Assembly: GCF_000015225.1 (NCBI RefSeq)
Contig: NC_008698.1
Coordinates: 1,620,001 to 1,652,000 of the forward strand
Source: Thermofilum pendens Hrk 5
GTDB lineage: Archaea; Thermoproteota; Thermoprotei; Thermofilales; Thermofilaceae
DNA: 32,000 nt
Direction: 5' to 3'
Shown: positions 15,944 to 23,712 of the stretch, piece after piece
Layout: each line of letters begins with the position of its first letter
How positions within the stretch are numbered: the first letter of the stretch is position 1
Made by a program: the position numbers and the translations under genes
The notes under the pieces: generated by a model
Databases searched by the model: none
Told to the model about the DNA's origin: nothing
The model's input: only the letters and a program-made list of their open reading frames with translations

Positions 15944-16350
15944 CCTCCTTTCAACGACCTCCAAGATCTCTCCACCCACCTTACTATTTCCTCTGCGTGC
16001 CTTATAGCCTCTTCTGCGTCCATCCTGGAGTAGTACTCCGCCGGGATACCCTCGTGCCACGCGTTCGGATACCTCGTAGGCACGTAGTACTTGTCCAGAG
16101 TAATCGCAGCCTGCATCACGTCCTGAGGAACACTTATGCCGCCAGGCATCACCCTTAGTAGGCGGGACACGCTATGCCCGTGGTGAGGGAGCCCCAGCCC
16201 GTAGAGAAGAGCCTTAACCGCGAACTCGGCTGCTTGCTGGGCCTTAAAGCAAGCCCAGTTGTAGTCTCCTCTCTCTAGATCCCCGCGCGCAGAGCTCAGG
16301 GTTCTCCTGGCTGTCTCCATCCACCTTTCGTACTCAGGGGAGTCCAGCAC
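15940..16350 (-). CDS. HEPN domain protein (PF05168-like)
   Basis: FKAQQAAEFAVKALLY, GHSVSRLL and LDKYYVPTRYPNAWH (Rx5H present). A CTAAATATC box lies 30 nt upstream of GTG 16350. Confidence 0.85.
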   Translation of the reverse strand: MLDSPEYERWMETARRTLSSARGDLERGDYNWACFKAQQAAEFAVKALLYGLGLPHHGHSVSRLLRVMPGGISVPQDVMQAAITLDKYYVPTRYPNAWHEGIPAEYYSRMDAEEAIRHAEEIVRWVERSWRSLKGG

Positions 16351-16510
16351 GGTCTCAATCTTCCATTAGTGGAGAGATATTTAGCTCTTCCGGCCTACGC
16401 ATGGGACAGAAGAAAAAAGCGGAAACTACGCTACACTTATTAGGCTTCTACGCTTCCTATCGCGGTGATCCTGCCCACGCACCGGGCGGTACGCGTAAAG
16501 GTGTTGCCGG

Positions 16511-16927
16511 TTGAGCGGCGAGTACGTAGAGACCCTGAAGCGTAGAGCTGTGAAACTCCTCCAGGTAGCAAGGTCCATCGAAGACGCTGGGCTAGCGCTG
16601 TTCCTCGCTGAGCAAAGCGCCCAGCTGTACATAAAGGCTGTTCACTACGAGCTACTCGGCGAGAAGGTACGAGGGCATGGCTTGAGGGAGCTCCTGGGCC
16701 TTTTCGCGAGGAGCCTAAGAGAGGCGGGCTACGAGAAAGAGGCAGACGCTATCACAGGCTTAGCCCTCGAGCACCGCCGCGCCCTGGCTCTCCTCGAGGA
16801 AGCCTACACGATGGGTAGGTACGGAACGTATGTCTACGGCTCCGAGGACGTCGAGATTGCTGTTAGGACTGTCGAGAAGCTCGTGGAGACACTAGAGAAG
16901 GTGGCTAAGAGTGTCAAGCTGGGTTAA
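16511..16927 (+). CDS. HEPN domain protein (divergent, no Rx4-6H)
   Basis: FLAEQSAQLYIKAVHYELLG, GHGLRELL and EEAYTMGRYGTYVYG. TTG start; followed by an overlapping MNT gene. Confidence 0.75.
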   Translation: MSGEYVETLKRRAVKLLQVARSIEDAGLALFLAEQSAQLYIKAVHYELLGEKVRGHGLRELLGLFARSLREAGYEKEADAITGLALEHRRALALLEEAYTMGRYGTYVYGSEDVEIAVRTVEKLVETLEKVAKSVKLG

Positions 16928-17279
16928 GCGTCACTTCGAGCACTTGAGGAAGTGGCGCGAATACGCCGAAGCCATTGCTAAAGCGGCTATGGACGTGGTG
17001 CCCGGCGCCAGGGTCTACGTTATCGGCGGAGTCGCCGAGGACAGGGTTACCGCGCTGAGCGACATAGACATCCTGGTGGTGGTACCCGGCGGCGCGCGTA
17101 AAGGGCTCTACGCGGACGTCCTTGAAAGAGCAATCGACGCGTACGGGCTACCCTGGGACGCCCCGGTAGAGCTACACATAGTCAGCGAGAACGAAGCCAA
17201 AGAGTACTTGAGACGCGCGAGACGAGCCGTACACGTAACCCCTGGAGGCTTAGAGGTCGACAATCGCTCGAAGGCTTAG
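16911..17279 (+). CDS. Minimal nucleotidyltransferase (MNT)
   Basis: VYVIGGVAEDRVTALSDIDILVVV motif. GTG start overlaps the HEPN gene end by 17 nt. Confidence 0.8.
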   Translation: MSSWVKRHFEHLRKWREYAEAIAKAAMDVVPGARVYVIGGVAEDRVTALSDIDILVVVPGGARKGLYADVLERAIDAYGLPWDAPVELHIVSENEAKEYLRRARRAVHVTPGGLEVDNRSKA

Positions 17280-17430
17280 AGGACTGTTTACCTGTGAAAA
17301 GCCTTCTCTCCGGTTGCCGATCCTCAGCCTTCACGAGCCTCTCCGCGTGCCCCGAGAGTAACCTCCATAAGTCTCTACCTGCGCCCCATAGACGAGTATG
17401 CAGTATGAGGTTCGCGAAAAAGTATAAACA

Positions 17431-17439
17431 TATATAAAA
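17431..17439 (+). promoter_or_regulatory. TATA box TATATAAAA
   Basis: Centred about 34 nt upstream of GTG 17469. It is too close to the ORF-track start at 17448. Confidence 0.5.
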
Positions 17440-17468
17440 GCTTTTAAGTGCAAGAAGGGGACGGGCAG

Positions 17469-17858
17469 GTGAGTGACGAGGCTCTGCGCTGGCTCTCAGA
17501 GGCGGAGTGGGATCTCGAGACCGCCGAGATTCTTCACAAAGCGGGTAGGTACAATGCTGCCGCCTTCTACGCTCACCAGGCGGCTGAAAAGGCTTGTAAA
17601 GCGCTACTTTACAGTATACACGAGGCCCCGTGGGGGCACAGCGTTAGGGTTCTCCTGGAGAGGTACTTTGAGGCCAGGGGGTTGAGAATAGATGAGCTCC
17701 TCAGCTATGCCAGAGAGCTGGACAGGCACTACATACCCGCGCGCTACCCCAATGCCCACCCAGCGGGAACGCCGCACGAAGCTTACGACAGCGAAGCCTC
17801 TTCAAGGGCTATTAGCGCCGCCAAAGCGATAGTCGACTTTGCGAGGCGAAGCCTTTGA
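17469..17858 (+). CDS. HEPN domain protein (PF05168-like)
   Basis: FYAHQAAEKACKALLY, GHSVRVLL and LDRHYIPARYPNAH (Rx4H present). Start GTG 17469 is chosen from the TATA position; the ORF track starts at 17448. Confidence 0.85.
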   Translation: MSDEALRWLSEAEWDLETAEILHKAGRYNAAAFYAHQAAEKACKALLYSIHEAPWGHSVRVLLERYFEARGLRIDELLSYARELDRHYIPARYPNAHPAGTPHEAYDSEASSRAISAAKAIVDFARRSL

Positions 17859-18247
17859 ACACTTTGAGCGACGTCGTTGAGAGACTGAAAAACAGGTTCA
17901 AAGTGTACGCAGTTATACTCTTCGGCTCGAGGGCTCGCGGCGACTGGAAGCCTTGGAGCGACTACGACCTTCTTGTAATAGGCGACTTCGATAAAGACTA
18001 CCTAGATAGGATAGGAGAGGTTCTCGACGCGCTACGGGACGTCAGGCTCCCTGTGGAGCCCCACCCATACACTCTGAGTGAAGCCCTCGAAATGGTCGAG
18101 AAAGGTAACCCGCTAATAATCAGCGCCCTTGAAGAAGGGGTGGTGCTACACAGCACGGGCGAGTTCGAGAAACTGGTAAAAGCCTTCGAAGAGCTGAAGA
18201 AGAAAGGATTGGAGAAGACGAGAACCTCCTACAAGCTACACGCATAG
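17855..18247 (+). CDS. Minimal nucleotidyltransferase (MNT)
   Basis: ILFGSRARGDWKPWSDYDLLVIG motif. TTG start overlaps the HEPN stop as TTGA. Confidence 0.85.
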   Translation: MNTLSDVVERLKNRFKVYAVILFGSRARGDWKPWSDYDLLVIGDFDKDYLDRIGEVLDALRDVRLPVEPHPYTLSEALEMVEKGNPLIISALEEGVVLHSTGEFEKLVKAFEELKKKGLEKTRTSYKLHA

Positions 18248-18360
18248 AGCGCGCGGCGACAACGTAACCCGATAGCTGAAAGCCTACCGCCGGGCTCTTG
18301 TGCGAATCCTTACAAAGCGCTAGACTCTTGAGCCGCCGCGAATCCTCCCAGCTACGGCAC

Positions 18361-18780
18361 CTACAAGTCTCCCGAGAACGCATCGATGCGTTCGCACAAC
18401 CTCCTGCAACCCGCCTCGTAGTACAGCTCGTCCAGCGTCCGGCTCAGCAAGGACTCGTAGAGCCCCGGAACCCTTTCCAGCACCACCACCCCCTTTGTCA
18501 GCACGCTGTACCTAAACCGGGGCGGTATCTCGTCGAGAGGAACCACGTCGACCGGCACGCCGAGCGCGAGCTCCAGCCTCGCCGAGAGCGCCGCCAGGTA
18601 CCCGAGATCCCCGCGCTTAGTATAAACCGCCAAGTCCACGTCGCGGTAGCTGTCGAGGCTGACAAAACTACCGAACACTACGGCCAGCAACACCTCCTCC
18701 TCGGAGCCAAGCACCTCCCTCAGCTTAGCCAAAACCTCCTCCTTACCCCCACTGTAGTACCTGTACTCGTCAAAAGCCAA
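18361..18780 (-). CDS. mntA: MntA-type nucleotidyltransferase (partner of DUF86/HepT)
   Basis: AVVFGSFVSLDSYRDVDLAVYT motif. TTG start overlaps the upstream DUF86 gene end by 11 nt. Confidence 0.85.
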   Translation of the reverse strand: MAFDEYRYYSGGKEEVLAKLREVLGSEEEVLLAVVFGSFVSLDSYRDVDLAVYTKRGDLGYLAALSARLELALGVPVDVVPLDEIPPRFRYSVLTKGVVVLERVPGLYESLLSRTLDELYYEAGCRRLCERIDAFSGDL

Positions 18781-19182
18781 GCTCTCGCTTCACCCTCTCC
18801 AAGAACTCTCTAACCGCTTTAAAATCCTTCCTGACGCTATCGTACACGCGTCTATCGTCTACAACCCAGTACCTGTGGATAAGCAGGTTCCTCAACCTAA
18901 CAAGCTTAACCAGCTCCTCGAACTCCCAAGCATTCATAAGACCCTTCTCAACTAGCACGCTAAACGTCCTCACAGGCGTCTCAGGCCTAACCCCGTAGGC
19001 GTTTCTAGCGATATGGTAGCACAAGGCTATAAGCGCCTCAACCAGCACTGCGAGGTAGTACCTTATCTCGCTCCTCTCAGCGCGCGAAAGACTCTCGAAG
19101 GGCTTAGAGGCTTCTTCGAGGACATCCTCATAGATTCTTCTATGTCCAGCAGGAGCTTCCTTACATACTCCCTGTCGATCAC
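18770..19182 (-). pseudogene. hepT: DUF86/HepT HEPN toxin, apparently frameshifted near codon 16
   Basis: The C-terminal frame (to 18770) carries LRNLLIHRYWVVDDRRVY (Rx4H). That frame stays open and DUF86-like up to a stop at 19202-19204 but has no ATG/GTG/TTG before GTG 19048. A second frame starting at GTG 19182 reads VIDREYVRKLLLDIEE, a typical DUF86 N-terminus. The two join with a 1-nt shift around 19130-19142 (AGAAGAA). Confidence 0.65.
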
Positions 19183-19202
19183 CAGCAACCGCCCCCAGCG
19201 CG

Positions 19203-19646
19203 CTACTCCTTACCGAAGAGCCTTAATCCCTCTTTAACGGCTACCTCCGCCAATCTCTCATCGAACGTCAAGAAAGCTTCAAAATTCTTCGCCGAGGCTA
19301 TTTGAAGAGCATCAGCAATGTAAACCCCGTACCTAAAGACGTACCTCACGGACTCTACAAGTATAGGCTTGCTTATACGCACCACCCTGAGAGACCCCAA
19401 CCTAGCCAGCGTGCTAACCTCGCTCAGGAACTTCGAGAAACAGTCATTCACGTCGGCGATAACGCCCCTCCTCCTATACTTATCGAACACCACAGCTACC
19501 TCACCGATGTTAAAAAGCGAGAAACCTATCGTGACGTCCCCCGCATACGCCCCCGCATAGATCTCGTCGAGCACGTCCGTCCCCTCCTCCACCACGTACC
19601 TCTTGACAATCGCGCTGGTATCAAGGTAAACGCTCCTCACGCCCAT
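19203..19646 (-). CDS. vapC: PIN-domain toxin (VapC-like)
   Basis: VYLDTSAIVKRY N-terminus, then FNIGEV, YIADALQIA and LTFDERL acidic positions. ATG 19646 overlaps the upstream antitoxin gene by 26 nt; the ORF track starts at 19664. Confidence 0.8.
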   Translation of the reverse strand: MGVRSVYLDTSAIVKRYVVEEGTDVLDEIYAGAYAGDVTIGFSLFNIGEVAVVFDKYRRRGVIADVNDCFSKFLSEVSTLARLGSLRVVRISKPILVESVRYVFRYGVYIADALQIASAKNFEAFLTFDERLAEVAVKEGLRLFGKE

Positions 19647-19893
19647 ACCTAACCTCCCTAACAACGTCCTCAGCCCTCAACCCCCTAACCCTCCCACTAA
19701 CAACCTCCTGCGGCGAGAAATACCTACACTCGACGCCGAGATCCCTGCACAAATCCCTCACAAAAGCCTCCACGTCGTACATAGACAGAAGCTCCTCGAC
19801 AAGCTCGCTGAGAGACCTACCCTCAAAGGCAAGCCTACTCTTAACCCTCGAAACAAGATCCCTATCCAGCGAGAGAGTAACCTTCACCTTCAC
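19621..19893 (-). CDS. vapB: Ribbon-helix-helix (CopG-like) antitoxin
   Basis: VKVTLSLDRDLVSRVKSRLAFEGRSLSELVEELL is an RHH pattern. GTG 19893 is preferred because the CTTAAATA box (minus strand, 19927-19934) lies only 9 nt from the ORF-track start at 19917. Confidence 0.7.
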   Translation of the reverse strand: MKVKVTLSLDRDLVSRVKSRLAFEGRSLSELVEELLSMYDVEAFVRDLCRDLGVECRYFSPQEVVSGRVRGLRAEDVVREVRYGREERLP

Positions 19894-20032
19894 GTAAACC
19901 CGCCCGTAAGTATACACGTAAAGAAGTATTTAAGTATAGCTACAGCCGGCCCAGAGAGCTCCCGCTCGGCGAGAAAGCTACACCTATCCACCGTCCGCAA
20001 GCACGGCAACCGGTAGGCGGCCGCTACCAGCC

Positions 20033-20521
20033 CTACTTAGCCTGCTGAACGACTTTCCTCGCGTACTCAAGCAACCACCTAGCTATCGGTAAAGCAGATT
20101 CAACGTCCTCGAGCCTGTACTTTGCCTCGTGAAAGCCCCAAACGTGAACATCGTACGCAGTAGCCCAAGCGAACCTGATTCTATCCTCGCCGAGAATCCT
20201 GGAGAGATCCGTCGAAGCCTGACCCAGCAACCAAGCGTCCCACCTCCCCCTCCTCCTAACCTCTTCAAGCTGCTTAACGTTAAACCTCTCAGCCAACGCC
20301 TTGACGCACTCCTCGACGGCCTTGTAGATCTTCTCAGAAGCCTGAACAACGTTACCCTTAGCCACGTACTCCTCGGCCTCCCTGAGCATCTCCTCGGCGA
20401 AATCGATCCTAGCCCCGGCAACCTCGACAGGGTCTACTAAAGCCCTAGACGGCAGAGCCCCCTCCAAGTCGACGCCCCTCCTCTCGGCCTCCTCAGCGAA
20501 CCCCCTGGAAATAGTTACCAC
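20033..20521 (-). CDS. PaREP1-family protein (HEPN/KNTase_C-like helical bundle by memory)
   Basis: GNVVQASEKIYKAVEECVKALA and AYDVHVWGFHEAKY match the PaREP1 pattern (xQAxEKxxxA...LHxxxYxG). No adjacent MNT of its own. Confidence 0.7.
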   Translation of the reverse strand: MVTISRGFAEEAERRGVDLEGALPSRALVDPVEVAGARIDFAEEMLREAEEYVAKGNVVQASEKIYKAVEECVKALAERFNVKQLEEVRRRGRWDAWLLGQASTDLSRILGEDRIRFAWATAYDVHVWGFHEAKYRLEDVESALPIARWLLEYARKVVQQAK

Positions 20522-20583
20522 TGCGTCTATGACTTTCCTGAAAAGGGAAAAATGCTTTTACGGCATGCAAGGGACTCAGCCCC

Positions 20584-20928
20584 CTAAGAAAGCTCCACCG
20601 CGTACTCCATCGCATCCTGCACCACCACGCTTCTCTTCAGCGCCTCCTCGAACTCCTCCGGAGTATACACTAGAAACTCGAACGCGAGCTCCCTGCTAGC
20701 CAGCCCCCTCACAAACCTATACCTCTCGCCGGGCTCCATACCCTCAAAGCACCTAGAAACCACCACCAGGTCTACATCGCTGTCCTCGACCCACGTCCCC
20801 CTAGCATAGCTACCGAACAAGTAGACCCTGGCATCCCCGCACACCCTCCTAATACTCTCCACAAAATCCCTCAGGGCCCCCGCAACCCTAGGGGGTAGCG
20901 AGAGCCTCTCTAACCCTTTCAACGACAC
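20584..20928 (-). CDS. Minimal nucleotidyltransferase (MNT)
   Basis: VYLFGSYARGTWVEDSDVDLVVVS motif. GTG start overlaps the upstream HEPN gene by 41 nt. Confidence 0.85.
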   Translation of the reverse strand: MSLKGLERLSLPPRVAGALRDFVESIRRVCGDARVYLFGSYARGTWVEDSDVDLVVVSRCFEGMEPGERYRFVRGLASRELAFEFLVYTPEEFEEALKRSVVVQDAMEYAVELS

Positions 20929-21289
20929 CCCTAGCCACCTCTATAGCTCGAACAGCCTGCGCCCTCGAGAAACTCGCAGAAGGCCTCCTAAGGCCCGCGT
21001 TAGGATACCTGGCTGTGACGTAGTACTGGGAAAGCTCCGGGAGAGCCTCCTCGACGTCCCCTGGGAGAGAAAGCGTGCCTTTCAACTCGCTGTAAAGCAT
21101 CACCAGGTCATGGGCCCTAGGAGGCCTCCTCCTCAGAAGCCCTATGTAACAGGCCTTAAAAGCCTTCTCCACAGCCTGCTGAGCCATGAAACAAGCCAAG
21201 CTATAGTCCCCTACACCCTCAGCCCTCACAGCCCTCTCAAGATCTGCAACAGCCTCCTCAAGCCAGTCCACAGCCTCCTCCCTAACCAT
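20888..21289 (-). CDS. HEPN domain protein (no His in Rx4-6H position)
   Basis: FMAQQAVEKAFKACYIG, AHDLVMLY and LSQYYVTARYPNAGLRRP. Confidence 0.85.
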   Translation of the reverse strand: MVREEAVDWLEEAVADLERAVRAEGVGDYSLACFMAQQAVEKAFKACYIGLLRRRPPRAHDLVMLYSELKGTLSLPGDVEEALPELSQYYVTARYPNAGLRRPSASFSRAQAVRAIEVARGVVERVREALATP

Positions 21290-21503
21290 CCACCGCAGAC
21301 CCCACTCCTCCCAGTCCTACAGCCGCTCCCCCTTATATCCTTTCACCATCTATCCCTCGAGAAAACGAGAGAGGCTCACCCCACGTACACCTACACGAGC
21401 ATACGCGGAGCGCGCGAAGAAGGAAAATATCAGCGGAAAAGTCTGGGGAGCCTGAGCTGAGAAGGGAAGGCACCAGAGGCCTAGCAGATCCCGTGCGTAG
21501 GAA

Positions 21504-21983
21504 CTAGGCGCGCCCTGTAGGCAAGGGGCTTTCGCGCGAAGTATAGATAGTGTGTTCATCGATCACTCTAAGAGAGTGAGGTTGTCTCCTCGCAGAGGTA
21601 GCTCTAGCCTTTTTGAACTCTTCAAGCATCTTTTTAACCTGTTTAATTGCGTACTCGGCCTCTTTGGGGTTATAGACTCCCTCGTAAAAGGCTTCATCGT
21701 GTAGCGTTTTCATGATATCGCTGTAGAGAGCTCTAAGGTCTTCCCTGTTCATCTTTCTAAGTAGAGATCTCCGTTCGCTGTGTGATTTCGGCGTCACGTT
21801 CATCTTTCGGTATATGTAGGAGTTTACGGCAAGTACCATAGAGAAGAAGGCTTTATCCGCAGCGTTTCTGTAAAGCATTACATCCCTTGTTTTGATCGCC
21901 TTCTCAAACTCTTCTTCAGCATATTTCAGAATCTCTTCAGCGGTTACCAAGGTAACATCCTCTTCGGCCACCACCCCTCCCAC
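21504..21983 (-). CDS. PaREP1-like protein
   Basis: YRNAADKAFFSMVLAVNSYI, SHSERRSLL and LHDEAFYEGVYN. GTG start. Visibly AT-richer than its neighbours. The last approx. 30 codons are unconserved-looking tail. Confidence 0.55.
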   Translation of the reverse strand: MGGVVAEEDVTLVTAEEILKYAEEEFEKAIKTRDVMLYRNAADKAFFSMVLAVNSYIYRKMNVTPKSHSERRSLLRKMNREDLRALYSDIMKTLHDEAFYEGVYNPKEAEYAIKQVKKMLEEFKKARATSARRQPHSLRVIDEHTIYTSRESPLPTGRA

Positions 21984-22077
21984 GTCACTAAGCGTTCAGT
22001 GTAAAATATTAATTTCACGCCTAATGCTCACCATTTTCCCGCGCGCTTTGTAAGCCCACGAAGTCCCAGGAAGAAGT

Positions 22078-22569
22078 TTACCGGTTCTTAAGTTCTCTTA
22101 GCCTTTGAGCTACCGTCTTTACGAGCCCCTCTACATGCTTAATAGCTGTCTCTACGTGGCTCTCCTTGCACCATCCCTCGTAGAAGCATGTATGCATGCC
22201 GTTAGCAGCCATCCAGGCGTCGTAGACCCATTCGCCGAGCTCGCTCTCGATCAGGCTTTCGTAGTCCCACAGCTCCCCGTGGCTTGTTAATCTTCTGCCA
22301 TCTTTCCACATAGCGTAAGCTTTCACAGCTAGCGCGGCTGCGCCCCAGGTTTTCTCGGCAGCCTGTCTAACATCCCCCCTCTTCAGCTCTTCTCTAGCCC
22401 GATCGAGCAGGTACAAGGCAACCTCCACATATTCTCTAGCCCTGTCGCTTGGGTCGAAGTCACGCGTGAGAAAGTCTACTATGTACTCCTCGATAGTTAC
22501 ACCACGCTTTCTGGCTTCCTCCAAGATCTTTTTAGCGAGACTTGGAGGTAGGGCGATGGGTACAGCCAT
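22078..22569 (-). CDS. PaREP1-family protein
   Basis: GDVRQAAEKTWGAAALAVKAYA, SHGELW and NGMHTCFYEGW. Confidence 0.7.
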   Translation of the reverse strand: MAVPIALPPSLAKKILEEARKRGVTIEEYIVDFLTRDFDPSDRAREYVEVALYLLDRAREELKRGDVRQAAEKTWGAAALAVKAYAMWKDGRRLTSHGELWDYESLIESELGEWVYDAWMAANGMHTCFYEGWCKESHVETAIKHVEGLVKTVAQRLRELKNR

Positions 22570-22738
22570 CTAGGCGTTTACAAGAGTAGTGGCTAGCCTA
22601 TAAAGCTTTACCGGTCGCCACCTCTTTGAGCCTCTACTCGGGAGCACGCATCAGTGCCTGATTCTCGGGAAGGGCCGTGCTTGAGACGTAGCTTAACCGC
22701 GTTTGCTTTGACTGTAAAGCCTATAAAAGAGAGAAACC

Positions 22739-23210
22739 TTGAACTGCCGAGGGTGCGGCGCCGCGAGTTTCACGTACGTCGACGTGCTGGTGCGTGGGGC
22801 CAAGGGCTCCAAGGCTGTTAAAATGCTCGTCGACACGGGCTCCACCTACGTGGTGCTAGACCCGACGACCGTTAGGGGAGCTGGGCCTCTACGAGACCCC
22901 GTACACCGTCGAGCTCACCCTGGCGGATAAGAGGAGGATCGGAGCCAGGCTGTACTTGGCCGAGGTTGAAGTCAAAGGCAGGAAGTGGCCCGTGCTCGTA
23001 GCCGAAGTCGACGCCCCCGTCCCCTTGCTGGGCGTTTACGCGCTGGAGACCCTGGGCCTGAGGGTGAATCCGACAACGGGCGAGCTGGAAGAGGTGTCAC
23101 CGGAGGGAGGATACCTGCTGGTTGCAGGGCTCATGCTTTCCTGCTTAAAGCTCACTTTCTCCCATCTTCGAAGGATAAAAGCGAAAACAGCCTCGTACAG
23201 CCAGGAATAG
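22739..23210 (+). pseudogene. Retropepsin-like (clan AA) aspartic protease, frameshifted at a G4 run
   Basis: Frame 1 gives KMLVDTGSTYVVLDPTTVR and then runs out of alignment. From 22878 a second frame gives ELGLYETPYTVELTLADKRRIGARLYLAEVEVKGRKWPVLVAEVDAPVPLLGVYALETLGLRVNPTTGELEEV, colinear with the intact paralogue at 26582-26935. The frames switch at GGGG 22875-22878. Confidence 0.65.
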
Positions 23211-23312
23211 TAAACCCTGGACGACTATTAGAGATTCGACGCACATAAAGCCTCCTAGAATCAAACGTTACAGTCCCCGATCAAAGTCGAGAAGCAGGAA
23301 ATCTAGGACTAA

Positions 23313-23711
23313 TTAATCAGCGTTGGGGGGGGCGGCTGAGGACTCGCTGAACCCATGCTCTCTCAGCACCCGCTCCAGCTGTTGCTGGCAGTTAGCCGCA
23401 CGGTATACCACGCCCCTCTTCCTCGTCTGGGACATTAGCTCTCGGTAGACCATGCTGTCCACCCCCCTCTTGGAGTGAAGCACAGCTACGATCCTGAACG
23501 GGTTGCAGAGCCCCGGCACAGCGGCGGCGAGCGGCCCGCGTAGCAACGCTTCGACCGTGCTCTCCAGCTTCCTCACGTCGTCGATCTTCGCCCTCTCCGT
23601 TTCCTCCACCACTGCCACGGCGCCCTCGCCTACGAGGAGGTAGTCTGCCCGCTTACCCCTCCAGTTCACCGCGCGTGCCAGCTCCTCCAGGTCTATCTTC
23701 ACGGCGACCAC
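23313..23711 (-). CDS. Small alpha/beta protein, PD-(D/E)XK-like topology, unknown function; ATPase partner
   Basis: 132 aa. GTG 23711 lies 1 nt after the ATPase stop (TAG C GTG). ADYLLVGEGAVAVVEET ... FRIVAVLHSKRGVDSMVYRELMSQTRKRGVVY aligns by eye with the C-terminal modules of the proteins at 14106-15266 and 25719-26534. Confidence 0.7.
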   Translation of the reverse strand: MVAVKIDLEELARAVNWRGKRADYLLVGEGAVAVVEETERAKIDDVRKLESTVEALLRGPLAAAVPGLCNPFRIVAVLHSKRGVDSMVYRELMSQTRKRGVVYRAANCQQQLERVLREHGFSESSAAPPNAD

Positions 23712-23712
23712 G

